64,000 nt of DNA. Source: Acidobacteriota bacterium. Its GTDB lineage: Bacteria > Acidobacteriota > Vicinamibacteria > Vicinamibacterales > UBA823. The position numbers and the translations under genes were made by a program. Below, in pieces: positions 19,330-28,691 of this stretch. The stretch covers positions 43,132-107,131 of the forward strand of contig PCAK01000010.1 of assembly GCA_002730525.1 (NCBI GenBank), written 5' to 3'. Within the stretch, counting starts at the first letter, position 1, and every line of letters starts with the position of its first letter. The notes under the pieces are model-generated. The model worked only from the letters and a program-made list of their open reading frames with translations. It was not told the DNA's origin and searched no databases.

Positions 19330-20298
19330 ATGACGACGACGACGACGAAACTTCCCGCGGTGAACGCCATCGAGGCTGGCAGCGAGGGCTGGGGCTTCTT
19401 CCTGTGCGCCGGGAAGGAGGTGCGGACCGGTCGCAACGGCCAGTTCATGGCGCTGCAGCTGCAAGATGCGACCGGGCAGATCGAAGGCAAGGTGTTTCAG
19501 GACGTCGAGCAGTTGCGGGAGGAGTTCGACGCGGGTGAGTTCGTCAAGCTGCAGGGACGCGGCAACCGCTTCAACGAGCGCACGGAGCTGATCATTGAGA
19601 AGATCCGCCGCGTCGATCCCTCACGCGACGCCGAGCAGGGCTTCAGCGAGGAGACCTGCGTACCGTCGGCGCCCCGGTCGACCGACGAGATGTGGGACGC
19701 GTTGATCGTGCTGGTCGGGAGCGTCGAGAACGAGTTCGTGCGGACGTTGCTGACGCGTATGATCGAGACCCACGAGGACGCGCTCCGGCGGTGGCCGGCC
19801 GCGCAGACGGTGCATCATGCGTATCGCGGCGGGCTACTCGAACATGTGCTGAAAGTGGCCGATGTCGCCACGTCGCTGGCGGGACTGTACGAGGCCGACC
19901 GCGATCTGGTGATCGCGGGCGCCATCCTGCACGACATCGGCAAGCTCCAGGAGCTGGACTACGATCTGGCGACCAAGTATTCGCTCGAGGGCAATCTGGT
20001 CGGTCACATCACACTCGGCGTCGTCCTCGTGCGCACCGAAGCCGCCGGCATCGGTGGATTTCCGGACGCGCTCCGAGCGCAGATCGAACACATCATCGTG
20101 TCGCACCACGGCTCGAAGGAATTCGGCTCACCGGTCGAACCGCGCACGGTGGAGGCGTTCCTGCTGGCTGCGGCCGACAATCTCGACGCGAAGATTCACC
20201 AGGTGCGGAAGCACATCGCCGAGGACCGGGGCGACGACGAGTTCACGGCTTACCATCGCCGGCTCGGCCGGTCACTGTACAAACCGGCCTCTGACTGA
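19330..20298 (+). CDS. OB-fold + HD domain protein (YhaM/Cbf-like 3'-5' exoribonuclease)
   Basis: LQDATGQIEGK OB fold, HHAYRGGLLEH, ILHDIGK, SHHG, ADNLDAK. Confidence 0.88.
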   Translation: MTTTTTKLPAVNAIEAGSEGWGFFLCAGKEVRTGRNGQFMALQLQDATGQIEGKVFQDVEQLREEFDAGEFVKLQGRGNRFNERTELIIEKIRRVDPSRDAEQGFSEETCVPSAPRSTDEMWDALIVLVGSVENEFVRTLLTRMIETHEDALRRWPAAQTVHHAYRGGLLEHVLKVADVATSLAGLYEADRDLVIAGAILHDIGKLQELDYDLATKYSLEGNLVGHITLGVVLVRTEAAGIGGFPDALRAQIEHIIVSHHGSKEFGSPVEPRTVEAFLLAAADNLDAKIHQVRKHIAEDRGDDEFTAYHRRLGRSLYKPASD

Positions 20299-20341
20299 CG
20301 TCGGTGTCACTGGCAGGTTCCGCCCCTGGCGGGGGTTGGAC

Positions 20342-20794
20342 TTACGTTGTCCGGGGGCCGAGGGCGAAGGTCATCGAGCCCTCGAGGACTGTCTCACCGT
20401 CCACCGTGGCTACGCCGCGGAGCTGGCCGACCCGACTGCGCAGCCGCGCGACCGACGCTTCGATGCGGACGACGTCGCCGGGGTGGACCGGCCGATGGAA
20501 GCGGACGTGCTCGATCCCCATGAAGTAGATCAACTTCTCCCGATTCTCGGGCTTGGCCAGGATTAGGATGGCGCCGACCTGCGCCACGGCTTCGGTCAGG
20601 ATGGTCGGTGGGAGGACGGGGCGTTCGCCCTGACGATGCGCGAGGTAGCGCTCGTTGAGCGAGACGTTCTTGACGCCGACGATGCGCGTGTCCTCCTCGA
20701 ACTCGATGATTCGATCCACCAGCAGAAACGGATACCGATGCGGGAGGATCCGTTCGATCGCCGTGTAGTCGAGGGGCAGCGTCAGAGGGTCCAT
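20342..20794 (-). CDS. FabZ-like hotdog-fold dehydratase (atypical active-site loop)
   Basis: ILPHRYPFLLVDRI, KNVSLNE, EAVAQ, RFHRPVHPGD; lacks the canonical GHFP. Confidence 0.8.
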   Translation of the reverse strand: MDPLTLPLDYTAIERILPHRYPFLLVDRIIEFEEDTRIVGVKNVSLNERYLAHRQGERPVLPPTILTEAVAQVGAILILAKPENREKLIYFMGIEHVRFHRPVHPGDVVRIEASVARLRSRVGQLRGVATVDGETVLEGSMTFALGPRTT

Positions 20795-20911
20795 GCGTCG
20801 AGTCGATGTGCAGGTGAGCCGATACGCGGTCGTCGACCGCCGTCGTGAAAGGCTTTCCAAAGTATAATCCGAATCCGGCGGTCGATGCGGTGGTCACGCC
20901 TGCGCGGAGCG

Positions 20912-21071
20912 AACCCCAGAACTCACTTGTGTTGATAATGGCTGGCGTCGGGCTGGACGGCGAGGGCTAGGCGCGACGATGGAATTTGGTGGGCCCAAGT
21001 GACAGAGGAGCAACGCCGCCCTCGTCGGGCAGAACTAGCCAGGCGTGGCAACACAAGTGAGTTCTGGGGTT
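20912..21071. mobile_element. 160-bp MITE-like element with perfect 23-bp terminal inverted repeats
   Basis: AACCCCAGAACTCACTTGTGTTG (20912-20934) / CAACACAAGTGAGTTCTGGGGTT (21049-21071); interior also self-complementary. Confidence 0.6.
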
Positions 21072-21080
21072 AACCTCACC

Positions 21081-22877
21081 GTGACCTCCCGATCCCAGCC
21101 GGCACGGGCTGGCGAGCACGAGACCCTCACGGCGCTCTTCGACCTCGGGCGTCAGGTCACCTCTGTCCTCGACGTTGGCGAACTCCTCCGCAAGCTTCCG
21201 GACCTGATCCGGCGCCTGATCCCGTTCGACGCGTTTGCGGTGTACTTCCTCGATTCGAAGCGGCGCACGCTGCGCATCGCGCATGCCGAAGGCTACTCCG
21301 AAGAGGCAGTGAGGACCGTTCGCCGCCGCGTCGGCGATGGGTTTGTTGGCGCCGCCGTGGCCGACGAGCAAGCCATGCTCGTGAATGACCTGGCCGCGGA
21401 TCGGCAGCGCGACGCGGCGGTGCCTGAGGCCAGGTCGGGGCTGGTGGTGCCGCTACTGCACAAGGCGAAGGTCATCGGTGCGCTCACGCTGCTCAGCCAC
21501 GAGCGCGGTCAGTTCGACGAAAACGACCTGGCGATCCTGCGCCAGTTCGGCGCTCACGTGGCGGTGGCGCTCGCGAATGCCCGGATGTTCGAGCGGGAAC
21601 ATCGGGACTCTCAGACGTTCGAGCTGCTGGCCGAGATCGGTCGGGACGTCACCTCGATTCTCGATCTCGATGAGCTGCTCGCGCGGATCGCGCATCTCGT
21701 GCGCCGCATCATCGACTACCGCACCTTCGGCATTCTGCTCCTAAACGAGCGCACCGAGGAGCTCGAAGCGAAGATTGCGGTGGAGTACGGCGATGCGCGA
21801 ACGATGCCCAGCTTCAAGCTGGGCGAGGGCCTGGTGGGCTTCGCGGCGCTCCACAAGCAGCCCGTGCTCGTCCCCGACACCGCGGCTGACGGGCGATACC
21901 TGAGCTATGTGCAGGACGTGCGGTCAGAGCTGGTGGTGCCGATCCTGTCGCAGGACAAGTGCCTCGGGGTCTTCGACTTGCAGAGTCCAGAACTCGATGC
22001 GTTCGACAAGCGCTACGTCGGGGTGCTGACGCTGCTGGCCAGTCAGGCCGCCGTGGCGATCGAAAACGCCCGGTTGTATCGGAAAGTTCGGGCCAACGAA
22101 TCGCGGCTGCGCAAGGAGGTGCGGCTGGCGCAGCGCGTGCAGGTCGGTCTGCTGCCGGCCGAGCTACCGATCAGGCCCGGCGTCGAGGCGGCCGCGCGTT
22201 TCGAGCCGGCTCGCGAGTTGGGCGGAGACTTCTACGAGGTGATGGCGCCCGAGGCGCCACTGTTCGTGGCTGCGGTGGGCGACGTGTCCGGCAAGGGTGC
22301 GGCGGCTGCGCTCTACGGCGCCTTTGCCGGCGAACTCGTTCGCTCCCGCACGTTCCGGCGACGCTACCTCCCGGAGCAATCGAGTCCGGCCACCGTGCTG
22401 GCCTCGATCAACACGATTCTCCACGAGCGTCAGCTGGAGGGCTACTTCTGCGCGCTGTGCTACGCCGCGTTCGACTTCGATCGGGGCGCCGTCGTCGTCG
22501 CCAACTCCGGACTCCCGTTCCCGATCCACAGTGGGGCCGATGGGACCCGGCAGTTCGGGGGGCCGGGCATTCCACTGGGGTTGTTTCCCGGCTCAGACTA
22601 CGACGAGACGCGTCTGCCGTTCGCGCCCGGCGACGTCTTTGTCTTTTGCACCGACGGGATCTTCGAGGCCAACGATGACGCGGGCGACGAGTTCGGGGCT
22701 GAACGGCTGCTCCGCGTCGTCGAGCGGGCGCGCGACTTGCCCGCCCGGACGATCGTCGACGCGATCTTCGAGGCGGTGACCGAGTTCCACGGCGGCGCCC
22801 AGCAGGCCGACGACATGACGGCGGTGGTCTTGAAGATCAGTACGCCGTCAGGTAGCGCTGCATCTCCCAGGGCGTGA
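21081..22877 (+). CDS. GAF-GAF-SpoIIE (RsbU-type PP2C phosphatase)
   Basis: Two GAF repeats (AVALANARMF, AVAIENARLY), LGGDFY, VGDVSGKG, CTDGIFE, DDMTAVV; GTG 21081 chosen because 21045 lies inside the IR element. Confidence 0.9.
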   Translation: MTSRSQPARAGEHETLTALFDLGRQVTSVLDVGELLRKLPDLIRRLIPFDAFAVYFLDSKRRTLRIAHAEGYSEEAVRTVRRRVGDGFVGAAVADEQAMLVNDLAADRQRDAAVPEARSGLVVPLLHKAKVIGALTLLSHERGQFDENDLAILRQFGAHVAVALANARMFEREHRDSQTFELLAEIGRDVTSILDLDELLARIAHLVRRIIDYRTFGILLLNERTEELEAKIAVEYGDARTMPSFKLGEGLVGFAALHKQPVLVPDTAADGRYLSYVQDVRSELVVPILSQDKCLGVFDLQSPELDAFDKRYVGVLTLLASQAAVAIENARLYRKVRANESRLRKEVRLAQRVQVGLLPAELPIRPGVEAAARFEPARELGGDFYEVMAPEAPLFVAAVGDVSGKGAAAALYGAFAGELVRSRTFRRRYLPEQSSPATVLASINTILHERQLEGYFCALCYAAFDFDRGAVVVANSGLPFPIHSGADGTRQFGGPGIPLGLFPGSDYDETRLPFAPGDVFVFCTDGIFEANDDAGDEFGAERLLRVVERARDLPARTIVDAIFEAVTEFHGGAQQADDMTAVVLKISTPSGSAASPRA

Positions 22878-24186
22878 CCTGCTTGATGTAGTCGTGCCAC
22901 TCCTCGCGTTTGGCAGCGACGAAGTGCGTGAAGATGTGCTTGCCGAGCGTGTCCCGCACCAGATCGTCCTTCTCCAGGGCATCCAGCGCCGCGTTCAGGT
23001 CACCGGGCAACTCGTCGATCTTCAGCGACCGACGCTCGCGGTGGCTCATCGTGTAGATGTTCTTGTTGACCGGTGGGCCCGGATCGATCTCGCTGTCGAT
23101 GCCTTCCAGTCCCGCCCGCAGCATCACGGCCAGCGCGAGATACGGATTGCACGACGGGTCGGGCATCCGTAGCTCGACCCGGGTACCGACGCCCCGCGAG
23201 GCGGGCACGCGAATCAGCGGGCTGCGATTCTTTTCCGACCAGGCGATGTTCGTCGGCGCCTCGTAGCCGGGGACCATCCGCTTGTAGGAGTTCACGAGCG
23301 GATTCGTGATCGCACAGAAGCCCTTGGCGTGCCGCAGCAGCCCGCCGATGTAGTGCAGACACGTCTTGCTGAGCTGCCATTCGGCCGTCTCGTCGTAGAA
23401 CGCGTTGTTGCCGTTCGTGAAGATCGACTGATGGGTGTGCATCCCCGAGCCATTGATGCCATGAATCGGCTTCGGCATGAACGTCGCGTGCAGGCCGTTC
23501 TGCATCGCGATGTTCTTCACCACGAATCGGAAGGTGCTGATGCTGTCGGCGGTCGTCAGCACATCGTCGTAGCGAAAATCGATCTCGTGCTGGCCGGCGG
23601 CCACCTCGTGGTGGGCTGCCTCCACGTGGAAGTCCATCGCTTCGAGCGCCAGGACGATCTGACGCCGCACGTCCTCGCCGAGGTCAACGGGTGTCAGATC
23701 GAAGTAGCCTCCCGTGTCATGCGTCTCGGTCGTCGGGTTGCCGTCGCGCGTCTGGAACAGGAAGAACTCGGCCTCCGGCCCGGCGTTCATGTCGAATCCG
23801 CGCTTGGACGCCATGTCGATCACCCGCCGGAGCATCATCCGTGGGCAGCCGTCGAACGGCTTGCCATCGGGCATGTAGATGTCGCAGATGAGTCGCGCGA
23901 CGGTCTCACCGGACGAGTTCTCCCACGGGAACACCTGAAAGGTCCGGAGGTCGGGTCTCAGGTGCATGTCCGACTCTTCGATTCTCACGAAGCCCTCGAT
24001 CGACGAACCGTCGAACATGATCTTGCCGTCGAGGGCCTCGTCGAACTGCTTGTCGGGAACCTCGACGTTCTTGATGGTCCCGAGAATGTCGGTGAACTGT
24101 AGACGCAGGAACTTCACGCCGAGTCGGTCGACGGTCTCGCGGATCTCGGCTTTCTGGGCTTCGTGGGCCGTGGCGTCCGGGGTCAC
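22837..24186 (-). CDS. glnA: Glutamine synthetase type I
   Basis: FDGSSIEGF, HHEVAAGQHEI, FMPKP..GINGSGMH, NRSPLIRVP, ELRMPDPSCNPY; AAGGAG RBS before GTG 24186. Confidence 0.96.
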   Translation of the reverse strand: MTPDATAHEAQKAEIRETVDRLGVKFLRLQFTDILGTIKNVEVPDKQFDEALDGKIMFDGSSIEGFVRIEESDMHLRPDLRTFQVFPWENSSGETVARLICDIYMPDGKPFDGCPRMMLRRVIDMASKRGFDMNAGPEAEFFLFQTRDGNPTTETHDTGGYFDLTPVDLGEDVRRQIVLALEAMDFHVEAAHHEVAAGQHEIDFRYDDVLTTADSISTFRFVVKNIAMQNGLHATFMPKPIHGINGSGMHTHQSIFTNGNNAFYDETAEWQLSKTCLHYIGGLLRHAKGFCAITNPLVNSYKRMVPGYEAPTNIAWSEKNRSPLIRVPASRGVGTRVELRMPDPSCNPYLALAVMLRAGLEGIDSEIDPGPPVNKNIYTMSHRERRSLKIDELPGDLNAALDALEKDDLVRDTLGKHIFTHFVAAKREEWHDYIKQVTPWEMQRYLTAY

Positions 24187-24268
24187 TGGAGAACTCCTTC
24201 CGGTTCGATCGATGGGCGGCGGCTCAGCGTGTGAAAGAACGAACTGTACCTCAAAATGTGCCATGTGC

Positions 24269-24283
24269 GCAAACATATTGCCT
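24269..24283 (-). promoter_or_regulatory. Putative sigma54 promoter of glnA
   Basis: Minus strand AGGCAATATGTTTGC = GG-N10-GC. Confidence 0.45.
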
Positions 24284-24423
24284 TCTGACCTCAGATAATG
24301 GCCAGTGTCGTGCAGCTCGACTCTAAGAACATGCAGAGGATGCAGAAATGTGACGATCAGACCGGATCGCCTGACCCGTCGTCAGACTCCTATATGAGCC
24401 AGATAGCCCAGGGGAGAACCGAT

Positions 24424-25305
24424 ATGCGACAGCTGATTCGAGCGGGTATGGCGCTGGTCCTGATCTGCGGCGCCGGGGAGTGGATGGTGGCGGGCGCCGC
24501 GGCGCAAGACCGGACGGCGCCGCGCGACCAGTCGATCGAGGCGACGCAGTTCAACTGGAACATCGCGACGGGCGGGGCGCGGATCGGCGTCTCGATCCGT
24601 GACATCGACACGGCCGACGTCGAGCGCGAATCGCTCGAGTCCGCGAGCGGCGCGGTCGTCGAATCGGTGACCGACGACAGCCCGGCGGACGCGGCCGGTG
24701 TCCGCGCCGGCGACGTCATTCTTGGCTTCGACGGCGAGCGCGTGCGCAGCGCCAGGCAGCTGACGCGACTCGTGCGGGAAACGCCGGTGGGGCGCGCTGT
24801 CGATCTCACGGTGCAGCGTGCTGGTGCCAGGCACGATCTCGAGATCACGCCCGACACGCGAACCGCGTCAGCCGAGTCCTGGCTACCGGTCGAGCGATTC
24901 GAACGTCTCGGCGAGGACCTGGGTCGTCGCTTCGAGAACTTCAGCCTGCCCGATTTCGATCTCTTCCGCGCTCGTCGCCCGCGTCTCGGCATCGGCGCCG
25001 AGGAACTGACGGCGCAGCTTGCCGAGTACTTCGGCGTCGAGGCTGGCGTGCTGGTGACTCACGTCGAAGAGGGCTCGGCGGCTGAGGCGGCCGGTCTTCG
25101 GGCGGGCGATGTGATCACGGCGGTGGATGGCGAGGGTGTCGACGATGTGAGCGAGTTGCGCCGTCGACTCCGCGAGGTCGACGGCGGCGAGGAGTTTCCC
25201 CTGGCGGTTACCCGCGATCGCAACGCGCTGAGCCTCGGCACGACGCTGCCCGAGCCCGAGACGCCGGAGCGGCGGCGCCGTGCCAATCGCCAGCCGCTGG
25301 AGTAA
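24424..25305 (+). CDS. Secreted tandem-PDZ protein (no protease domain)
   Basis: Signal peptide; two PDZ units (RIGVSI..SPADAAGVRAGDVI; RLGIG..SAAEAAGLRAGDVI). Confidence 0.85.
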   Translation: MRQLIRAGMALVLICGAGEWMVAGAAAQDRTAPRDQSIEATQFNWNIATGGARIGVSIRDIDTADVERESLESASGAVVESVTDDSPADAAGVRAGDVILGFDGERVRSARQLTRLVRETPVGRAVDLTVQRAGARHDLEITPDTRTASAESWLPVERFERLGEDLGRRFENFSLPDFDLFRARRPRLGIGAEELTAQLAEYFGVEAGVLVTHVEEGSAAEAAGLRAGDVITAVDGEGVDDVSELRRRLREVDGGEEFPLAVTRDRNALSLGTTLPEPETPERRRRANRQPLE

Positions 25306-25307
25306 TT

Positions 25308-26609
25308 TTAGGCAGTTCCGGTCTTGGCCGCGTCGACGTCGCCGGCCTCGGCATCCTCGCCGGCGTTGCCAACCAGGAGGACGACGAGCTGGGCGGCGAG
25401 GATCGATACGGTGGCGCGTTCGAGGACGCCGATCTCACCAGAGAGTTCGGCGGTCACGACACCGACACAGCCGCTGGCGGCCAGGAGCGGGGCGACAAGC
25501 GCCCCGCGCGCGCCGTCTCCCGCGTCGACGATCTGCACTCTCGATGTCCGAAACGCATGTGCGGCGGCGTTGTCGCCATCGCACGGGAGCTCGCCCATGC
25601 TGCCCAGGACGTCGGACGGGTAGCCGTGGGCGATGACCGCACGCAGCGCGCGGTTCGAGCTGTCGGTGAGCCAGACAATCACGCCGGAGGCTTCGAGAAG
25701 CCCGGCGGCTCGTTCGAGGAGCGCGGGCAGTTGTTCGCCGTCGGACACACGCGCGAGGTCGGTGCACAGTGCCGCGACCGCCGCGAGGTCGGCCGGCGTT
25801 GCGTCGACTGGCGCATCGATGATCGGCGTGCCGGCCGCCATGTCGTCGTCGATCGCGGCGTCCGTGTCCAGCTCGATCGCGAGGTCGCCCGCGACGTCGA
25901 TGCCAGTGCCGGACTCGCTGGGGGCTGCGTCGAGATCCAGCGACAGGTCGCGGACCGCCGTGCGCGACAGCAGCGTCGAGAGCGAATCTTCCATCTCCGG
26001 CGCCGCCGGGGCGGCCTGTTTGGCACCCGGGGCCAGAAGCAGCATGAACAGCAGACCGGCGACGGCCGCCCCGGCGATCACCGTGGCCTGGCGGACGCGG
26101 AGCTGACGCCGTGCGCGCCCCCGGGCGAGACGTTCGGTCTCGAGGGCCGAGGCGATCTCGTCGTCAGCCGCGTCGGTCAGTTCGAGCCCGTCGGTGAAGA
26201 TGAGGTCCGACGCTGGGATGGTCTGATCGCCCCCGATGAGCTCGCGGGCGCGGTCGTCCATTTTGCTGAAGTGCGTGACCGTGGCCGCCGCGGAGTCGAG
26301 TTTCGACCGCGCCTCAGGGGCTTGGACGCCTTGGGCGAGGGCCGCCAGGCGCTCGGCGGCGAATTCGAGCATTGCCGTCACGCGGGCCAGCCAGTAGTCC
26401 CGGTCCTGTCCTGCGGCGACGTAGGCGGCCTGGGCCGCGCGCAGTTCGATCACGGCGCGCCGCGCCTCTCCGCCGACCGTTTCCATCGCCGTTCCGGCTT
26501 CGCCGGCCACCGTGATCTGTCCGTCGAGCCTGGCCACTTCGAAAGCGGCAGCGGCACAGATCATCACGAACAGCACGACGAGACCAACGCGCCAAGCCCG
26601 ACGCTGCAT
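25308..26609 (-). CDS. Membrane protein with periplasmic helical bundle and C-terminal GAF domain
   Basis: Two TM segments flanking a helical domain, acidic linker, GAF-like LRAVIAHGY...ALVAPLLAASGCVGV. Confidence 0.75.
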   Translation of the reverse strand: MQRRAWRVGLVVLFVMICAAAAFEVARLDGQITVAGEAGTAMETVGGEARRAVIELRAAQAAYVAAGQDRDYWLARVTAMLEFAAERLAALAQGVQAPEARSKLDSAAATVTHFSKMDDRARELIGGDQTIPASDLIFTDGLELTDAADDEIASALETERLARGRARRQLRVRQATVIAGAAVAGLLFMLLLAPGAKQAAPAAPEMEDSLSTLLSRTAVRDLSLDLDAAPSESGTGIDVAGDLAIELDTDAAIDDDMAAGTPIIDAPVDATPADLAAVAALCTDLARVSDGEQLPALLERAAGLLEASGVIVWLTDSSNRALRAVIAHGYPSDVLGSMGELPCDGDNAAAHAFRTSRVQIVDAGDGARGALVAPLLAASGCVGVVTAELSGEIGVLERATVSILAAQLVVLLVGNAGEDAEAGDVDAAKTGTA

Positions 26610-26666
26610 ACGTGGCGCCTACTATAACACCGGAGATCGTTCGGGAGGAGGCGCCGGTGGCCGCCG

Positions 26667-28487
26667 CTACTGCGTGGTGGACGCCGCCGCGAGGTCGGCG
26701 GGGCGGAGGATGACGTAGGTTGGCAGGCCGACACTGTCGAAGTGGTCCATCACGTCCTTCGCGGGCGGACTGCTCGGGTCTTCCGCTTGGAACTTGATCT
26801 TCACGTAGGCGTCGAGCTCCGCGGTGACCGTCGGGTCCTTGAACGTGGTCTGATCCATCGTCAGGCAGTTCTTGCACCACGTCGCCCACAGGTCCACCAG
26901 CACGAGTTTGTTCTCCGCGCGCGCGGCCTCGAGACCTTCGCTCAGCGACGCGTACCAGCCTTCCTCGAGCTTTTCCTCGACGCTGCTGGCCACCGCCCCG
27001 GCGTCGACCCACCGGTTTTCGAAGATGCCGTACGCGACGTAGCCGTAGTAGACCGCCGTGCCCAGGATGAAAACGCCGAAGGCGTGCTTGACGTGGACCA
27101 TCCAGGCGCCTGGCTTCGGGAGGAACGACAGGCCGGCTCCGGCGATTGGCCAGGGCAGTGCCATGCCGATGCCGAGACAGAACGGCAGCAGCAGCGCCAC
27201 GGTCGCGCCTGTGGCGTACAGATCACTCGAGAAGAGGATCACCTGGATCACGACCGGCGCCACGCACGCGCCGGCCAGCAGCGCGGCGACTGTGCCCATG
27301 CCGAACGCCGCCATGAACGACCCGTTCTCGTTATTGCCGATCTTGAGCTTCGACTGGAATCTCGAGAAGTCGATGACCAGCACGTCGAACATGGCGAGCG
27401 CCAGGACGACGAACAGCGCCGCGATGCCGAGGTTGAACCAGGGTGAGGCGTTGATCGTGCCGAACGTCCCGGCGGTGAGGATGACGATCAGGCCGAGCGC
27501 ACCGTAGACCGCGGCCATCGCCGCGCCATAGGCGCCGCCGAGCAGCAGCCCCCGCACGCGGGAGCCGGCCCGCGCGCCCGCGCCGATGATCGCGATGTTG
27601 ATCGGAATCATCGGCAGGACGCACGGCGTCAGGTTGAGCGCGAGCCCGCCGAGCAGGATGAGCAGCAGGATGGCTAGCGGCCCGCGGCCCTCGAACCAGC
27701 CGCGCTGGGCCTCGCCCGATTCGGCCGCGCTGACGAAGCTCAGGAAGTCCTCGGAGTCGAGGTACCCGCCGGTTGTGCCGAGAATGTCGAACGCACCGAG
27801 CGCGACGGTGACGCCGGTGCCGTCCTCCGCCGCGTCTGCGCTTAGGGCCGAGGTGCCCGACGCGGCGACCGCGAGGGTGTCGGACGTCCTCGTCTGGGGG
27901 GGCGCGACGGAGTTCTCGCTTCCGAAGCTGATGCCACCGAACAGCTCGGCATGTCGCGACGCCACGCCCGTCCCGGCGGGCACGACATCGACGGTCCACT
28001 CGAACTCGGCCGTCGTCGGCATGTAGCACATTGTTTCGTCGCACGCCTGATACCGCAGCGACCCGGGCACGGTGTACTGGCCGGCCGGGAGATCGCCCGC
28101 CAGCGCGAAGACGACACCGACGGAAAAGCGCTCCTCGAACACCGCCAGCGGGGTGTCGGCGCCAAACTGTTCGAGCAAACCGGCCTCGGGATAGGCGATC
28201 TCCGTCACGGTGATCCCGTCGGGCGGCGCGATCCTCAGGGCCGTCGGAATGAGGAAATCGTCGAGCGGGGCCTGCGAGTTCATGTGCAGGCCTGGCTCAA
28301 GTTGCACCCGGAGGGCTCCACGCAGATCGGAACCGGGTGTCCCGGCGTCTGCGGCCAGCAGCGTCTCGGTCTCGATCGGTCTCGGCTGGGCCGCCGAGGC
28401 CCCCGCCAGGACGAGGACGAGGGTCGCGAGCGTCAGGAGAGCGATGGCGCGTGAACGGCCCAGTTGCATCTGCATCGTTGATTGCAT
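26667..28487 (-). CDS. DsbD-like thiol:disulfide interchange protein
   Basis: N-domain YQACDETMC, TM LTPCVLP and GACVAP, thioredoxin WCKNC; start uncertain. Confidence 0.9.
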   Translation of the reverse strand: MQSTMQMQLGRSRAIALLTLATLVLVLAGASAAQPRPIETETLLAADAGTPGSDLRGALRVQLEPGLHMNSQAPLDDFLIPTALRIAPPDGITVTEIAYPEAGLLEQFGADTPLAVFEERFSVGVVFALAGDLPAGQYTVPGSLRYQACDETMCYMPTTAEFEWTVDVVPAGTGVASRHAELFGGISFGSENSVAPPQTRTSDTLAVAASGTSALSADAAEDGTGVTVALGAFDILGTTGGYLDSEDFLSFVSAAESGEAQRGWFEGRGPLAILLLILLGGLALNLTPCVLPMIPINIAIIGAGARAGSRVRGLLLGGAYGAAMAAVYGALGLIVILTAGTFGTINASPWFNLGIAALFVVLALAMFDVLVIDFSRFQSKLKIGNNENGSFMAAFGMGTVAALLAGACVAPVVIQVILFSSDLYATGATVALLLPFCLGIGMALPWPIAGAGLSFLPKPGAWMVHVKHAFGVFILGTAVYYGYVAYGIFENRWVDAGAVASSVEEKLEEGWYASLSEGLEAARAENKLVLVDLWATWCKNCLTMDQTTFKDPTVTAELDAYVKIKFQAEDPSSPPAKDVMDHFDSVGLPTYVILRPADLAAASTTQ

Positions 28488-28691
28488 TGGTAGGACGCCG
28501 ACCCCAAGTGGGACGGTCCGTCCGTTTCCGCCGCTCATTTATTGTACCAGACGCTCAGCGGGCGCGTTGCCGGGAAGGGCCTATTTTCAGGGGTATTTCG
28601 GCCGTCGGCCCCGGGGAAGGCCGAGAGGCCGGGTGGTAAGATGAGATGGATCGCCTCACCCCGGTGTCTAACTGAGCCCGACAGGATTCTC

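Noticed and set aside
19324-19347. (ACG)n run at the start of the yhaM-like gene (MTTTTT)
   Set aside because: Trinucleotide unit keeps the frame and the run is short; no phase-variation potential.
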